This document shows, one piece after another, positions 1-12,926 of a stretch of DNA of 62,554 nucleotides. Under the pieces are notes generated by a model. That model did no database searches and had not been told where the DNA came from. It worked only from the letters and a program-made list of their open reading frames with translations. The stretch is from assembly GCF_006345805.1 (NCBI RefSeq), contig NW_021834360.1:1-62554 (forward strand). The letters run 5' to 3'. The stretch is from Octopus sinensis (Eukaryota). Each line of letters opens with the position of its first letter. The first letter of the stretch is position 1. The position numbers were made by a program, and so were the translations under genes.

Positions 1-2128
1 AGTCTTTCTATGTCAGATTTTGGGTGATGAATCCTAGATCCTGTCATTATTTTTCTTGTTTTCCTATCTATTTGGACAGTTCATTTAGTGTCCAGTTAAG
101 GATATTGTAGCTGTAACTTATAACTGGGACAGCTAAGTGTTAATACCTATTATCTTATTTTTAGCATTGAGCTCTGTTTTAGTATTGATCTAACTCGTCT
201 ATAATATTCTTTTTTTATTTTCTCTTTCATTTGTGTGTGTTTTGTCTTATCTAGTTCATGGATTCCTAAGTATTTGTAAGTTTGGCTTTGGTCTATTCTT
301 TTATTTCATTGGTTTTATCTAGTGTGATGTGCTACTCTTAATTAGTTTTCCTCTTTTCAGGGTTTACTTTGGTGCATTTTTCTAATCCAAATTTCATATC
401 TATTTCTTTGGTAAATTCATGAACTGTCTTTAATAGTGTTTCCAGCTGTTTGTCATTTGCAGCGTATAGTTTTAGGTCATCCATATATAAAAGGTGGCCG
501 ATCGTTTTGCCGTAACATTATATCGCACCAGTACCTATTTAGCATATCAGATAGAAGTGACAGTACCAAGCAGAAAAGGGTGGAGAGAGAGAGAGTGTCT
601 CCCTGAAATATTCCTCTTCTAATGGGGATGGCTTGATTTTTCAATGAGTCCCTCTTTTGTTTGGAGCTGTAGCACTGTTTGCCATTTATTCATAGAGTGT
701 CCTATGAATTTTATAATTGTTGGTTCTTACTTTGTTAATGGCTAGTGTTTCGAGGATCCATGTGAGGGGATGCTATCAAACGCCTTTTTGTAGTCGATCC
801 AGGCCATAATGAGGCCTTTCTTCTTTCTGTGGCTGTCTTCAGTTATGGCTTTATTAATCATTAGTTGATCTTTACAGCCATATGAGCCTTTGCGGCATCC
901 TTTCTGCTCTTCTGGAAACAGGTTGTTTTCGACCAGGTGCTTGTTCAACCTTTGCGATATCACTGCAGTAAATGCCTTGTATATTGTAGGGAGACACGTT
1001 ATTGGTCTGTAGTTTTCTGGTTTTGCTGTCTCATTTAATTTGGGAATTAAGATGGTTTTCCCCTTCGTGAGCCATTCTGGCATCGTTTCTGGCTCTGCTA
1101 GTATGTTGTTAAAGTTTTCAGCCAGCTTTTTGTGCATTCCTGTTAGATATTTCAACCAGAAGTTGGGGATCTTGTCATGCCCAGGTGCCTCCCAGTTGCT
1201 TAGTCTTTGCAGTGCCTGGGTGACCTCTTCAGTTGTTATGGCGCTGGCGTTTCTCGTACCGGCAGATCCTTTGTGTTTTGGCAAGGATTTTGCTTTAGTT
1301 TTTCTTTTATCTCAGGCAAATCTTTTTCTGTGATGTTGTATTTGCGGAGTATTTTTTTGTTTTCTTTTGGTGCTCAGTAGCGTTGATTGTCTACTGATTT
1401 CATTTAGAATCGAAGAGATCTTTTCTCATTTTTTTTTGTATTTTGTTTTGGATGTTATTTATCCCAGGGTTTGTTTGGGTGGTGGTACTACTGTTTGGAT
1501 GGGTTGAGTGAATATCCAGCTTTCTTGTGGCTACAGTGGCTGCTGCGTATACTAAGTCATTTAGCTCAGTGATATCGCTTTTTGTTTCAGTGGCTATGTT
1601 CAGTGACGGCTAGGTTATGCTGTTTATATTGATGTTGTTGTTTCGTCTATTTTGATTTTTGGGAGGTATGGTCGGTTGTCCATCTGAGATCTGTGTTTTT
1701 CAGTTCTTTGATTATTCTACCTTTTTATAGTATCATAATCATCAGGCTCCCTTTCGTTGTTTCCAGGTTTTACATTTGTGTCACTTTGTTTCACGTTCGT
1801 ATGTTTGTTTATCGTGTTTTGGCTTGCTGTTTGTAGTGTATTATTATGCATCCTTACGGTCTGGGTTTGTTGTTTTTTGTTTACATCGTGTTTGTTGGTA
1901 CGTTACGTTTGCTTCGTGTTTTACTGTTTTCAGTGTTTATATTATTAGGCATTGTTGTGTGGCTTCTATCTACATTTTCCTGATGTATTTTTTTTCTTTA
2001 GATGTTCTATTTTTATTCTGATATTTTGCGTTGAGAATGTATCTTCGTACGTTTGCTAGTTTATTAGGGTTCATTGTTGTATCCAAGTCTATATTTATGT
2101 TATTTTCCTTCCATATTTTATATGTATA
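1..2128 (-). mobile_element. R4/Dong-like RLE non-LTR retrotransposon, family A, degenerate 5'-truncated copy running off the window start
   Basis: ORF 742-1284 has RT motifs (APGHDKIPNFWLK, NYRPITCLPT, EEQKGC, WIDYKKAFDS). DNA is near-identical to 34290-36620. Many frameshifts and a ~200-bp deletion near 1240. The 5' end abuts a (TTA)n tract. Confidence 0.92.
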
Positions 2129-2129
2129 T

Positions 2130-2205
2130 TTTATAAGTATATTTTATAATATTTATTATTATTATTATATTATTATTATTATTATTACTATTACTATTAC
2201 TATTA

Positions 2206-2252
<47 letters not shown>

Positions 2253-2301
2253 TATTATTATTATCATTATCATTATTACTATTGTTATTATTATTATTGT
2301 A

Positions 2302-2352
<51 letters not shown>

Positions 2353-2410
2353 GTTACTATTATTATTATTTTATTATTATTATTATTATATTATTATTAT
2401 TATATTATTG
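2130..2410. repeat. (TTA)n microsatellite between two RLE retrotransposon ends
   Basis: Direct reading. Confidence 0.97.
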
Positions 2411-2419
2411 TCATTGTAA

Positions 2420-3530
2420 AGAAAGTTCTCTAACGCTGTATTATTGCATTTGCACAGCTTCTACGGTGTCAGCTGTTCACTACCAGTGAACTAAGGTAAC
2501 ACTCCTTATTTTTCGAGCACCATCCGGAGTATTTGAGCGGTTCTCAGCAGTACTGTTTTCTGCAAGTGTCCTACTTCTATTGTAGCCCCTATTTGTTCCA
2601 TCTATTTCTCAAAAGTTTTTTTTCCCAGGGCTCCGACAATTATTGGTACTACTACCTTTTTCATTGACTACAGCTGCTTAACCTCCCAAGCTAACCTGTT
2701 ATATCTATCGATTTTCTTTCTTTCTTATCACATATTTTGTTGTCAGCTGGGCATGATATTTCTTTTTCTTTTTTCTTTTATTCTTTTACTTGTTTCAGTC
2801 ATTTGACTGCGGCCATGCTGGAGCACTGCCTTTAATCGAGCGACTCGACCCCGGGACTTATTATTTTGTAAGCCCAGTACTTATTCTATCGGTCTATTTT
2901 GCCGAACCGCTAAGTAACGGGGACATAAACATACCAGCATCGGTTGTCAAGCAATGCTAGGGGGACAAACACAGACACACAAAACACACACATATACATA
3001 TATACGACGGGTTTCTTTCAGTTTCCATCTACCAAATCCACTCACAAGGCTTGGGTCGGCCCGAGGCTATAGTAGAAGACACTTTCCCAAGGTGCCACGC
3101 AGTGGGACTGAACCCGGAACCATGTGGTGGTTAGCAAGCTACTTACCACACAGCCACTCCTGTACCTATATCTATGATCCTGCATAATTTGCTTTCTTTC
3201 TGAATTAGGATTATATCTGGCTTCCTATTCTTTATCTCATGGTCACACTGAATCATAAAATCCCATCGGATCTCTGCATTATCCTTTTCGATGATGTCTT
3301 CGGGTTTATGGTCGTACCACTTTTTGGCTCTGTCAAGTCCATACTTGTTGCAAAGTGTCCAATGGACAAACCTTGCAATATTGTCATGATGCCTCATATA
3401 CTTTCTTGGCAAATGGCGTACATTGACTGATAATATGTCATAGGGTTTCACCAATTTTTTCCACAAATTCTGCACTTATTACTTTTGGTTTGTGTCTTCT
3501 CTGTATCTGATGTAATTGGACCATTTGTTG
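2420..3530 (-). mobile_element. R4/Dong-like family B, 3' fragment (zinc-knuckle region plus RLE endonuclease), interrupted by a SINE
   Basis: ORF 3143-3475 has RHHDNIARFVHW...WDFMIQCDHEIKNRKPDII. The 3' UTR (tgtcagctgttcactaccagtgaactaaggtaacac) matches 14580-14650. Confidence 0.85.
2782..3168 (-). mobile_element. tRNA-derived SINE, full length
   Basis: Minus strand has A-box TGGCTGTGTGG, B-box GGTTCAGTCC, a central GGCACCTTGGGAAAGTGTCTT block and an A-rich tail. Further copies at 29990, 55420, 56066 and 56535. Confidence 0.9.
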
Positions 3531-3894
3531 TTGCCTGTTGTTACTGACTGGCAGTCGTGTACATTGAGAAACTTTGAGGTCGGTAGGTGTAGGTAGAGTA
3601 ATATGCTTCGGCTTTCTGCATGTGTTGTAGTGTGGCCTTCCACAAGAAAAGCGTAGTATATGGACAGACATAATACATGCATGAAAGGACCAGCCGATCT
3701 GAACATTTGTTAAACGCACGCAATTATCCATATATTGAAACTGTTATATCTTCTACTGTCGCACTGTCCCGTTGTCTCCTCCAGCCCCGATCTTTCAGGG
3801 GGGTAAATCAACTGTAGGCAACCCTATCCTAAAAGATCGGCTCATATATTTAAGTTGTTGAATAGATATGTACACACACACACTCACACACACC

Positions 3895-3942
<48 letters not shown>

Positions 3943-4070
3943 CAGGCAATATACCATCTCTATCAATAGTTATACAAGTGCATCTTCTCCCTGACTTATG
4001 GTCTTTTAGGCGACTCAACAAGAGTAATATATACATATACATACATACATACATACATACAAATACATAC

Positions 4071-4130
<60 letters not shown>

Positions 4131-4769
4131 TGTATGTATGTATGTATGTATGTATGTATGTATGTATGTATGTATGTATATGAATATATGGATGAGTCTA
4201 TGTAAATATGATAAAGGGCGTACGCGTGTGTATAAATGATTGTGTATGTGCGCGTGTTCATGTTTGTACACATAGGCGTATGTGTATACTGGTGCAGGTT
4301 GGGATATTGATGTGTGCCAAAAATCATTAGTTGTCATGAATCTGAACGTCATCCCCAGCGAGTAAGACTAACCCTCCTTTATTTCTCTATTCTTTGCCTT
4401 GTAACTTTTGTTAACAACGTCTTCTCAGTATATCTAACCCAGAAAAACATACTACAGTCATTCTTCATTCACCATCAATGTATTTGTCTACAACCATTGT
4501 CATTTAGCTAAGCCTATGGTCGAAAAATCACATATGTAAATTAGAATCATACCAAGTCAACTTAGAAGGCATTTCTGCACTGTGTGGTGCATTGGAATTT
4601 ATTATATCGTTCCACACCCACTAGAGAACAGTGCAGAATTATGTTGAAACGATACATTAGAGTTTATGTTTATGTTCCCACTAAGTACATACCACATAAA
4701 AACAGAAAGCATTGACAGATAACACATGACAGATAATAGACATCAATCACATAACTACCAGCTGCGAGA

Positions 4770-4935
4770 GGTTTTCTACCAGATATTATATTGTCATGAG
4801 GTATAATGCAGTGGCCAGAACAGTCTGGAAGAGGATATCTACAGACGAAGAAGATTATATTAAGATCGATGTGTCAAAAGAATATTGTGTGGAATTAGAA
4901 ATTAAAATATCATTGGCCAGATATTGTGTGGGACA
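4770..4935 (+). mobile_element. Short relic of another RLE non-LTR family
   Basis: Translates as RYYIVMRYNAVARTVW...KYHWPDIVW, resembling RH-x-xVA and PD motifs; similar to the 31930-32170 relic. Confidence 0.4.
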
Positions 4936-5896
4936 AAGCCAGCGGTTGAATTCTGGTTAAGCACATCGTATACTTCCTCATAACTTATTTTGGGGGAATT
5001 TTTAGAAAATTCTATTATGAAAATTAGCTGCCCTCTGCACATCTATGTTGTTAATAACATACATACATACATACATACATACATACATACATACATACAT
5101 ACATACATACATACATACATACATACATACATACATACATACCATGAGCATTCATAAAGTTTCTGTTTAACAATTTCCCTCATACGTGGTTGGTCGGTAA
5201 AAACAACAGTAAAGAAGTTCAAAGTATGAAAAGTATAATGTTTTTGGACATAGTCCTTCTTTAAATACTAAAGTAACATCTTGAAGATATTGTAAGGAGA
5301 ACGGGAAAAAGAAAGGATATTATCAGGGAAATTTTTATAGGAGAGATTTATGAAAGAGACTATCCACTTAGAAAATCTGGCTGCAACTGACAAAGAACAC
5401 AAGATGTAACACTTATTGTCCTCTGAAAACACGGACTATTTTCCTTATAAGAAATCTAAAATGAAAATGTATATTTTTATATATGTTTTAATGTTTTTCT
5501 TATTTCAGGAATGAAAAATTAGTGTTTAATATGTTGATTAATTAATAAATTAATTTGTATCCATTAGATCTCTCCAACAAACATATTTGATATCTTAGGA
5601 TATACTGTATAATATATTCATTGAAGGATTATTTCTTCAAAATTTAATATATTAAACCAGTGTATCTTGGATAAATGTCCCAATAAGAGGTTTGAATATA
5701 CCCTTGTGACTATATATATATATTATATATATACGAGTATGCATGTGTGTATATAACTACGTCTACAAACATACACACACGCACACGCATACACAAACAC
5801 ACACACACATATATATATATATGCAGAGAGAGAGAGAGAGAAAATGGGAGATATAGACCATAGAATTTGAGACGTGGTGAAGGAGAGTGATATATA

Positions 5897-5937
<41 letters not shown>

Positions 5938-5946
5938 CATACATAT

Positions 5947-6021
5947 ATGTGGTGCTATTAAGTTAGACATGGCCTGGGCCAATAATGGCCGAAACCTATC
6001 AAAGTATCAAAGTATCAAAGT
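5947..6021 (+). mobile_element. Extreme 3' tail fragment of a CR1/L2-group LINE
   Basis: gtggtgctattaagttagacatggcctgg...cgaaac plus (tatcaaag)n matches 46705-46778; embedded in (TA)n. Confidence 0.8.
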
Positions 6022-6034
6022 ATATATATATATA

Positions 6035-6089
<55 letters not shown>

Positions 6090-7309
6090 AGATATGGCAG
6101 CTCTTTCTCCATCTACATAGAAAACAACTGGAAGAGATATCTAGATGACTGTTTCATCCTTTGGCATAAAAATATAGAAAAACTCATAGAATTCCAGAAA
6201 ATTTTAAACGGACTGGACGTAAACATCCAATTCACGATGGAATATAGCCAACAACAATTCCCCTTCCTCGATATCCTCATTAAGAAAGCTAATAATATAA
6301 TAGAAACAGACATATACTATAAGCCTACAGACTCTAAGCAATATCTTCCATTCAATTCATGCCACCCCAGACACACCCGGATGAATATCCCCTTCAATCT
6401 AGCAAAAGGATATGCACTATAGTCTCCAACGCAAACACCAGAGACACACGACTACAAGAACTAAAAGATACCCTAATCACCAGGAACTATCCACCTTCAC
6501 TTATTGACAAATGCATTCAACGTGCCTTCAACTTAACATCAAGAACTGAGACATCCCAAATCAAAGAAAAACTTACAACAAAAGCCTTACCATACATCTC
6601 CACACACAACCCTCTCAATAACGAAGCCTTCGACACCATCCTCCACAACATACCCCTCCTAAAAAAAGACCACAGAATGAACACAATCCTCCAAACACAC
6701 GATCATAAAAGCAAAAGACAGCCTAGATCCATGAAAAGTCTCCTTACACAAGCCCGAATTCACTCTTCAACACAGAAGCCGACAGTAAAAAAATGTGGAA
6801 GACCCAATTGCGGGATATGCGACTATCTAATCGAGGGTTCTGAGTTCTCCTTCAAACAGGGACAACGGTTTACAGTGAAAAGCAACTTCACATGTGCTTC
6901 GGAGAACCTAATATACTCACTAACCTGCTCCGGGTGTCAAGAGCAGTACATAGGCCAAACAAAAAATGGTTTGCCTAAACGAATGGCCCTGCACAGATCC
7001 CAGATAAAAATTCCCCAAAACAGAAAAATAGCTTTTAGCCAACACATAGATACTTGCGCCAACAAAAAACACCAAACTTCAGAATTTTTCCCCCTCTACC
7101 AATTTAGGGACGATACAACCTCGAGACAACGAATAAGTAAGAAAATCTCTTTATTACAAAATACAAGCCACTTCTTAACGGGTCTACGACAAACAATTAA
7201 TATACCTCAACTTTAGAATAAAAGAAAAAATATATATACACACACAAAATACTACACTCCATAGAATCCATTACTAATCAGCCCCTTCATAGCTATATTT
7301 ACACCCATT

Positions 7310-7565
7310 CATATTCTCCTTCTCTGTTTTTTCTTCTTCTTCTTCTTCCTCTTCTTCTTCATCATCATCATTATCATCATCATCGGCGTCATCATCATCA
7401 CCACCATCATCACCACCATCTTCTCCTTCTCCTCCTTCTTCTTCTTCTTCTTCCTTCATCATCATCATTATCATCATCATCGTCGTCATAATCATCACCA
7501 CCATCACATCATCGTCATCTTCTCCTTCTCTTTCTTCTTCTTCTTCTTCTTCTTCTTCTTCTCCA
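7310..7565. repeat. Compound (TTC)/(TCA)/(CAC) microsatellite
   Basis: Direct reading. Confidence 0.9.
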
Positions 7566-7910
7566 CCCCCCTACCCCTAAGTTTGTCACTAATGTTTTTT
7601 AGTATAACACCTACGCTAATTCTATAAACAAGCCTGTCAATATAAATATTCTCCTGAATTGAACTGAGACTGCCAGCCGCCACTGACCATTCAAAATACG
7701 ACCATCAGGGCACTCCCAGATTCTCCCACCCCCCTTTCCTCACCAGCCTTCCCTCTACTACCCTACCAAGAACTCACAACTACCTCGAACACACAAGTGC
7801 AAACAAGGGAGTCAGAGAAAGCAGAATGCCTCTTAAATCTGAACACTACTATAGAAATATTCTTTTAAAAAAACTTTTCTTCTAATTTTTCTAAATTTAA
7901 TTATTTAATC

Positions 7911-7956
7911 GTTACAGTTGAAAAGGTCTCAAAATGACCGAAACCGGTACTCAAAT
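7911..7956 (+). ncRNA. Minimal type I hammerhead-like motif, U3-A8 core variant, weak helix I
   Basis: TTGAAAA-GGTC-tcaaaat-GACC-GAAA-CCG-GTA at the 3' end of the PLE. Confidence 0.5.
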
Positions 7957-8918
7957 GTTCACTATAAAATTATTTTAGCATTTTCTATTTTTTACTTGTT
8001 TTTTCATATATATATATATATATATATTCTATATATATATAGATATATATACATATATATACATTCATGTATATATTCACATACCCATGCATATATATAT
8101 ATATATATACATATTATATATATAAAATACGTACAAACATATATCATACATATAGACATACCTCCATGCATACAACCTACAAACTCGAAGCAACAAAGTT
8201 ATCAAGAAAACTCCTTATGCACACAGCCATGCCTGCGATTCACATGACCATGCTAAACCGTACGAGCTGTTCACGAAAACGCAGAGGAAAGGAAACACGA
8301 ATTCTACCAACAAAATCTATTTTGGTAATAAGCAATATGTTCAATTTAGTAAATAGAATGTGCAAGACAGGATACAGACAATGCAAGTAACTATTGACAG
8401 TATGTGCAATGCAGGAAAAGTTCCAAAATACGTAAATGTTAACGCGCTTTACATCGTTATAATGCGCCCCAGTATGTGGCCTATTTTCTGATTTGTTTCT
8501 CAACAATTATATATAAATTTATTACATATAAGGGAGTGGGTGAAAGACTAGTAAACGTTGTTTCTATTACGCTTACGAAGGGATTTGATTCTTTTTTTTT
8601 TTTTTTTGAAAACTTTAAGGGCATAACTTAATTTAACTGCAAGCACGCACCGATTAATAAATGACTCCTCTCTCACTACTCTTCTCCCACACTCTCGTTC
8701 CCGCTTTTGTGTATCATGATATGTGAAATGAATATTTGATAAATTACAGCTGAGTATTGGTGCCTGTTATAATGTTGTTACAGAATATCTCCGAAGATTG
8801 TGGAGAAATACTTGGGAAATTTAATGAAACTTTAGCTTACAACAATTCTCAATGATAGCGAAGATATTTCATTCTGTAGATGAATAGAACAGCAAAATAT
8901 CATTTGTAAGTCTTGAGG

Positions 8919-9720
8919 TATGAGGGTTGGCCTAAAAGTTCACAGTCTTAAACAAGATACTCTCATGGAATGTGACCAAATGAATTTTATTTTTTTAACA
9001 TAGCTCCCGTTGTGGTTCACACACGTCTTTCGTTAAGGTTGAAGTCCTTGAATACCCATTAGTGAAGAAGCTTTCGTCCTGTTGGTCAAAAAATGTTATC
9101 AACATCAGGTATAATGTCATCACTGCGAAACTGGTTCCCAACCAAATGTTTGTTCATTTTGAGATGATAGTCAAATGAGAACACATCAGGAAATCAGGGC
9201 CAATGATCACCAATTCAAAGCCAGTTAACGCACAGCAGTCATTGATTGTAAGGACAGGTGAAACAAGACCTCTTTTATCAGTTTTCCTGGGCGTTTGGAG
9301 TTGATAGCCTTTTGTAACTGCCTCAGCAACTTGGCATAATACTCTCGATTAAAAATGTGGTCCTGCTGTGAAGATGGTTAATAAACAAAATGCCTTTTGA
9401 ACACAAACACAGCTAAAAAATCACAACCTTCTTGCAGATGAAACGGATTTGGCCTTCTTTGGAGCAGATAAGGAAGGGCGTTTCCACTGGATGTCTTGTC
9501 TTTTTATGTCTGTTTCAAAGTGATGGACCCACCACCACATCATCTCATTACGAAACATTCAAGGAAACTTGATGGATCTGCATCAAAGACAGTCAGATTT
9601 TCCCGTGATGTGATTCCACAGCGGCGCCTTGATCAGGTAGAGAATTCCGTCATGCCAAATTGATGGAGTAGAAATCTTCGTCATCGCAAGTTCAATGTGC
9701 TGAACATTCTCAACTCATTC
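8919..9720 (-). mobile_element. mariner-type transposase relic with one TIR end
   Basis: Minus strand translates WVHHFETDIKRQDIQWKRPSLSAPKKAKSVSSARR. The end TA-TGAGGGTTGG resembles a mariner TACGAGGG terminus. Confidence 0.75.
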
Positions 9721-9774
9721 ATGGAATACGCTAATAGTACTGGCGATTTGATTTAGAGTCCGAGGAATGCATTA

Positions 9775-9974
9775 TGCGGCACTTTGGGTTTTCTTGATGT
9801 GCTATATTGAAAGGCAATTTGAAGGCAGAGTATGCTGTTCGTCTGCCGTCAAGAAGAGTCGAGGATATTCATGAGGAGGCAACAGCAATAACAAGGTCAC
9901 CATTATGCCGCAAATTCGCAAGAAGATTCAGGAAGAATGTTTTTCCAGTATGACTTGCTGCGTCTAAGAAGATG
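9775..9974 (-). mobile_element. Helitron PIF1-like helicase fragment (motif I/Ia)
   Basis: Minus strand translates IFLDAASHTGKTFFLNLLANLRHNGDLVIAVASS*ISSTLLDGRRTAYSAFKLPFNIAHQENPKC. Confidence 0.85.
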
Positions 9975-10875
9975 TCCGCCAGTGTGTGTGTGTGTAGATG
10001 TTTCTGAGGACAAAGTTGGGCGATATTTCTATATGACTCGCAAAAATGTCAAACTAAACATCTGAGCCGACAGCCTTTTAGGTAAAGCGTTCGGTAAAAT
10101 CCGTAATTTAAAAAAAACTTATTTACTTTTGTGGGTGGAAATGTATGTTTGATGTCAGTGTGAAGTGAAAGAGAGAGAAAATTGATAGGGGACATGTTGC
10201 ATGTGTTGATGGGGGTGCCAGACAGAAAGTGGTGTTGTATGTGTGAGAGAGGGGAGAGGGAAAGAGAGAGAGAAAGAGAGAGAAAGAAAGTGCCACTGTG
10301 TGTGAGACAGAGAGAGAGGGAGTGATAAGGTAATTTTTTTATTTATTTTGTATTTTTCGCTTCTTTTTTTAGTGAGTGTCTGAGTGATTCTCTGGGAGAG
10401 AGAGAGACGTGTTGTCATGTATGTTTAAAATGGGTAGGATCAGTCACACACACACAAATACATACGTCCACCCATATCTACCATATACACGTACATACAT
10501 AAATACACATGCATACATGTTTTTCAGTCGAATGAGGCAACACACACGCACATTCTGATGGAAGGGAGACAATCACTTTCCGACCGTTACTTCGCAAAGA
10601 GTTACCTCCCTTGTCCACGATAGTCGCTATAGAAGGTTTTTCTGACATTCTGAACCTAAATGTCCCGTTACTACATAAGTGACAAATTTAAAGTGTGTAG
10701 AACCTTCTGTGGAACATAGGGAATATATCTGCAAAGCATAGACGAAATCGGATGAAAACGTATCGATTTTATGTGGGATTAAGCTGATGGTCGGTATCAT
10801 AAACACACTCATAAACACACGCAGATCTTTCGTCTTATATATATCTATGTGTGTGTGCGTGCGTGCAAAAAATTT

Positions 10876-11337
10876 AGATTTTTTCTCTTACAAGGTTTTT
10901 TACGCTAACTACTGATAATTTCTTATAAAGATTTTATCCTTAATTTTAAATTTATATTTTTCACCGGAATAGTTCTATACTGAATTTGTGTTCCGAATAG
11001 GTAAATTGTTATCTTGTGTTTTTTCTTACATGTCTTGAGTTCGTTGCACTGAAGAGCATAGAATGCATATTCTGCATTGTCTGCGAAATCACAGGTGGTA
11101 TGTATCTAAATTCTGTTTTTAAATGACTTGCTTTGAAGTTTTGCATTCGGTAAAATTTGTTTTGACTGCAAAGGTCCCTCCTAGCGTGCGGTACCTATGA
11201 ATAATAGTACCCTCTATATAATATAAATAAATATTTTCAAAGTGGAAAAATCTACAGATTTTTTTCTCTTACGAGGTTTTTCACGCTAACTACTGATAAT
11301 TTCTTATAAAGATTTTATCATTAATTTAAATTTATAT

Positions 11338-11338
<1 letters not shown>
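10876..11338 (+). mobile_element. ORF-less 380-nt unit with ~83-bp terminal direct repeats and a hammerhead (retrozyme-like or PLE pLTR-derived)
   Basis: 10876-10958 is repeated at 11256-11338; hammerhead at 11043-11106; followed by (TA)n. Confidence 0.75.
11043..11106 (+). ncRNA. Type I hammerhead ribozyme
   Basis: Helix I tgca/tgta; core CTGAAGA 11049-55; helix II gca...tgc with inner agaat/attct hairpin; GAAA 11085-88; helix III ATCAC-ag-GTGGT; GUA cleavage triplet ending 11100. Confidence 0.82.
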
Positions 11339-11419
<81 letters not shown>

Positions 11420-12233
11420 GACATGCAGTTTAGACCCCGCTACATGTCTGCATTCAAGAACTGAACTTTTCGCGTTATGCCCATATGTGGCCAAATATTT
11501 GTTACATTTTTGGTTCCCTCGAGACTACACATAGAACTTGCTTTCTATATTGTGCCCACGCACAAGCTTTTTACCTCTTTGTACTTTTTACTTTTATTTC
11601 TTGTATATTTTTTAATACTTTTTATACATGGTTTATACGTTTATTGCTGATATATTGTTACACAATTTTTCTGTATTCTACCTTCCACCCTGTTTTTCCC
11701 TGTGCGTATATAGACTTGTATATGGAATCCTTTGTGCGCGCATGTGTATGTGTGCGTGTGTGCGGGTATGTGTGTATATAGATGTGTACGCATGTGCGTG
11801 CATGCGAGTATGTGTCGTATACAGACGTGTTTTACTCAGTGATTTTACACATTTTCCTGTATTTTTGCACTTAACCTTGTTTTTTTGTTGTGTATAGACG
11901 TATGTATGATCTTTTTTGTGCGTGCGTATATAGACGTATGCAGGTATGTGCGTATGTAGGGCGTGTGTGTGCGTGCATACGGGTATGGTTGACTCTTTGT
12001 ACACTCCCTTAGATGAATGTATACTTTTAGGCGCACACACGTTGAGGTGCGGGCGCGCAACTGAAGCTATGAACATGTGCGTTACGCGAATACTATGAAC
12101 TATTTACTCCCTACTTTCACTCTCTTACCTCACATAGCGGTCATTGAAATAGGTCTTTTTTTCATAATAACGGTGAATCACACAGTAATTTCCATTTGTA
12201 TAACGGTCATTTTCCATAGCATTTTTCCGATGG

Positions 12234-12302
12234 CCTGATAACTGAAGTGATGGTGGCGTGTGGATTTCCACTTCGGCATCCGAAACTCGGAGTTTTATCA
12301 GG
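12234..12302 (+). ncRNA. Type I hammerhead ribozyme with damaged A9/G10.1 junction
   Basis: Perfect 8-bp helix I cctgataa/ttatcagg; CTGAAG-t; helix II gatg/catc; GAAA 12282-85; helix III ACTC-g-GAGT; GUU triplet. Confidence 0.7.
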
Positions 12303-12520
12303 GCTACCGAATTATTACATTTACAGATATACATATACATAGATATATATATATAATATATATATATTATTATATATTATATATATAATATATATATATA
12401 TATTATATATATATATATATATTATATATATGTGCATTTATATACACACACATATCTATATATAATATATAATATTATATATATATAATATATATATGTG
12501 CATTTATATACACACACACA

Positions 12521-12566
<46 letters not shown>

Positions 12567-12841
12567 GTGTGTGTGTGTATATATACAAAGATGTATATAT
12601 ACATATATAAATACACAGATACACATAGATATATTTGCCTAAATTTCAAAACAGTAAAACTGATCAATTTTAAAACATTGTATATGTCTATATGCACGTG
12701 TGGAGTATGTGTTGTGTAATAAACTGTGTAAACCGGTTTTCTGTTGCTTTAATTTCTCTTATGATGACCTTTTATCACTCCTCTTACTCTTTTTCTCTTT
12801 CCGTATTGTAATATGTGTGTATGTGTGTGTGTGTATGTCTG

Positions 12842-12925
<84 letters not shown>

Positions 12926-12926
12926 T

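Larger units (their letters stand above)
6088..8005 (+). mobile_element. Penelope-like element, 5'-truncated (RT C-terminus, GIY-YIG endonuclease, 3' region with hammerhead-like motif)
   Basis: WKRYLDDCF, FPFLDI, YYKPTD...SCHP, CGRPNCGIC, FTCASENLIYSLTCSGCQEQYIGQT; frameshifted; flanked by (TA)n. Confidence 0.9.

Noticed and set aside
2031-2489. Low-complexity ORFs (poly-Y/I/L, YIYI, HTHT, poly-E/D) here and throughout
   Set aside because: Translations of microsatellites.
3110-3165. tRNA genes at A/B-box sequences
   Set aside because: No cloverleaf; these are SINE heads.
4572-4640. 11-bp inverted repeat and minus-strand WVWND
   Set aside because: Short and consistent with chance; no other lectin features.
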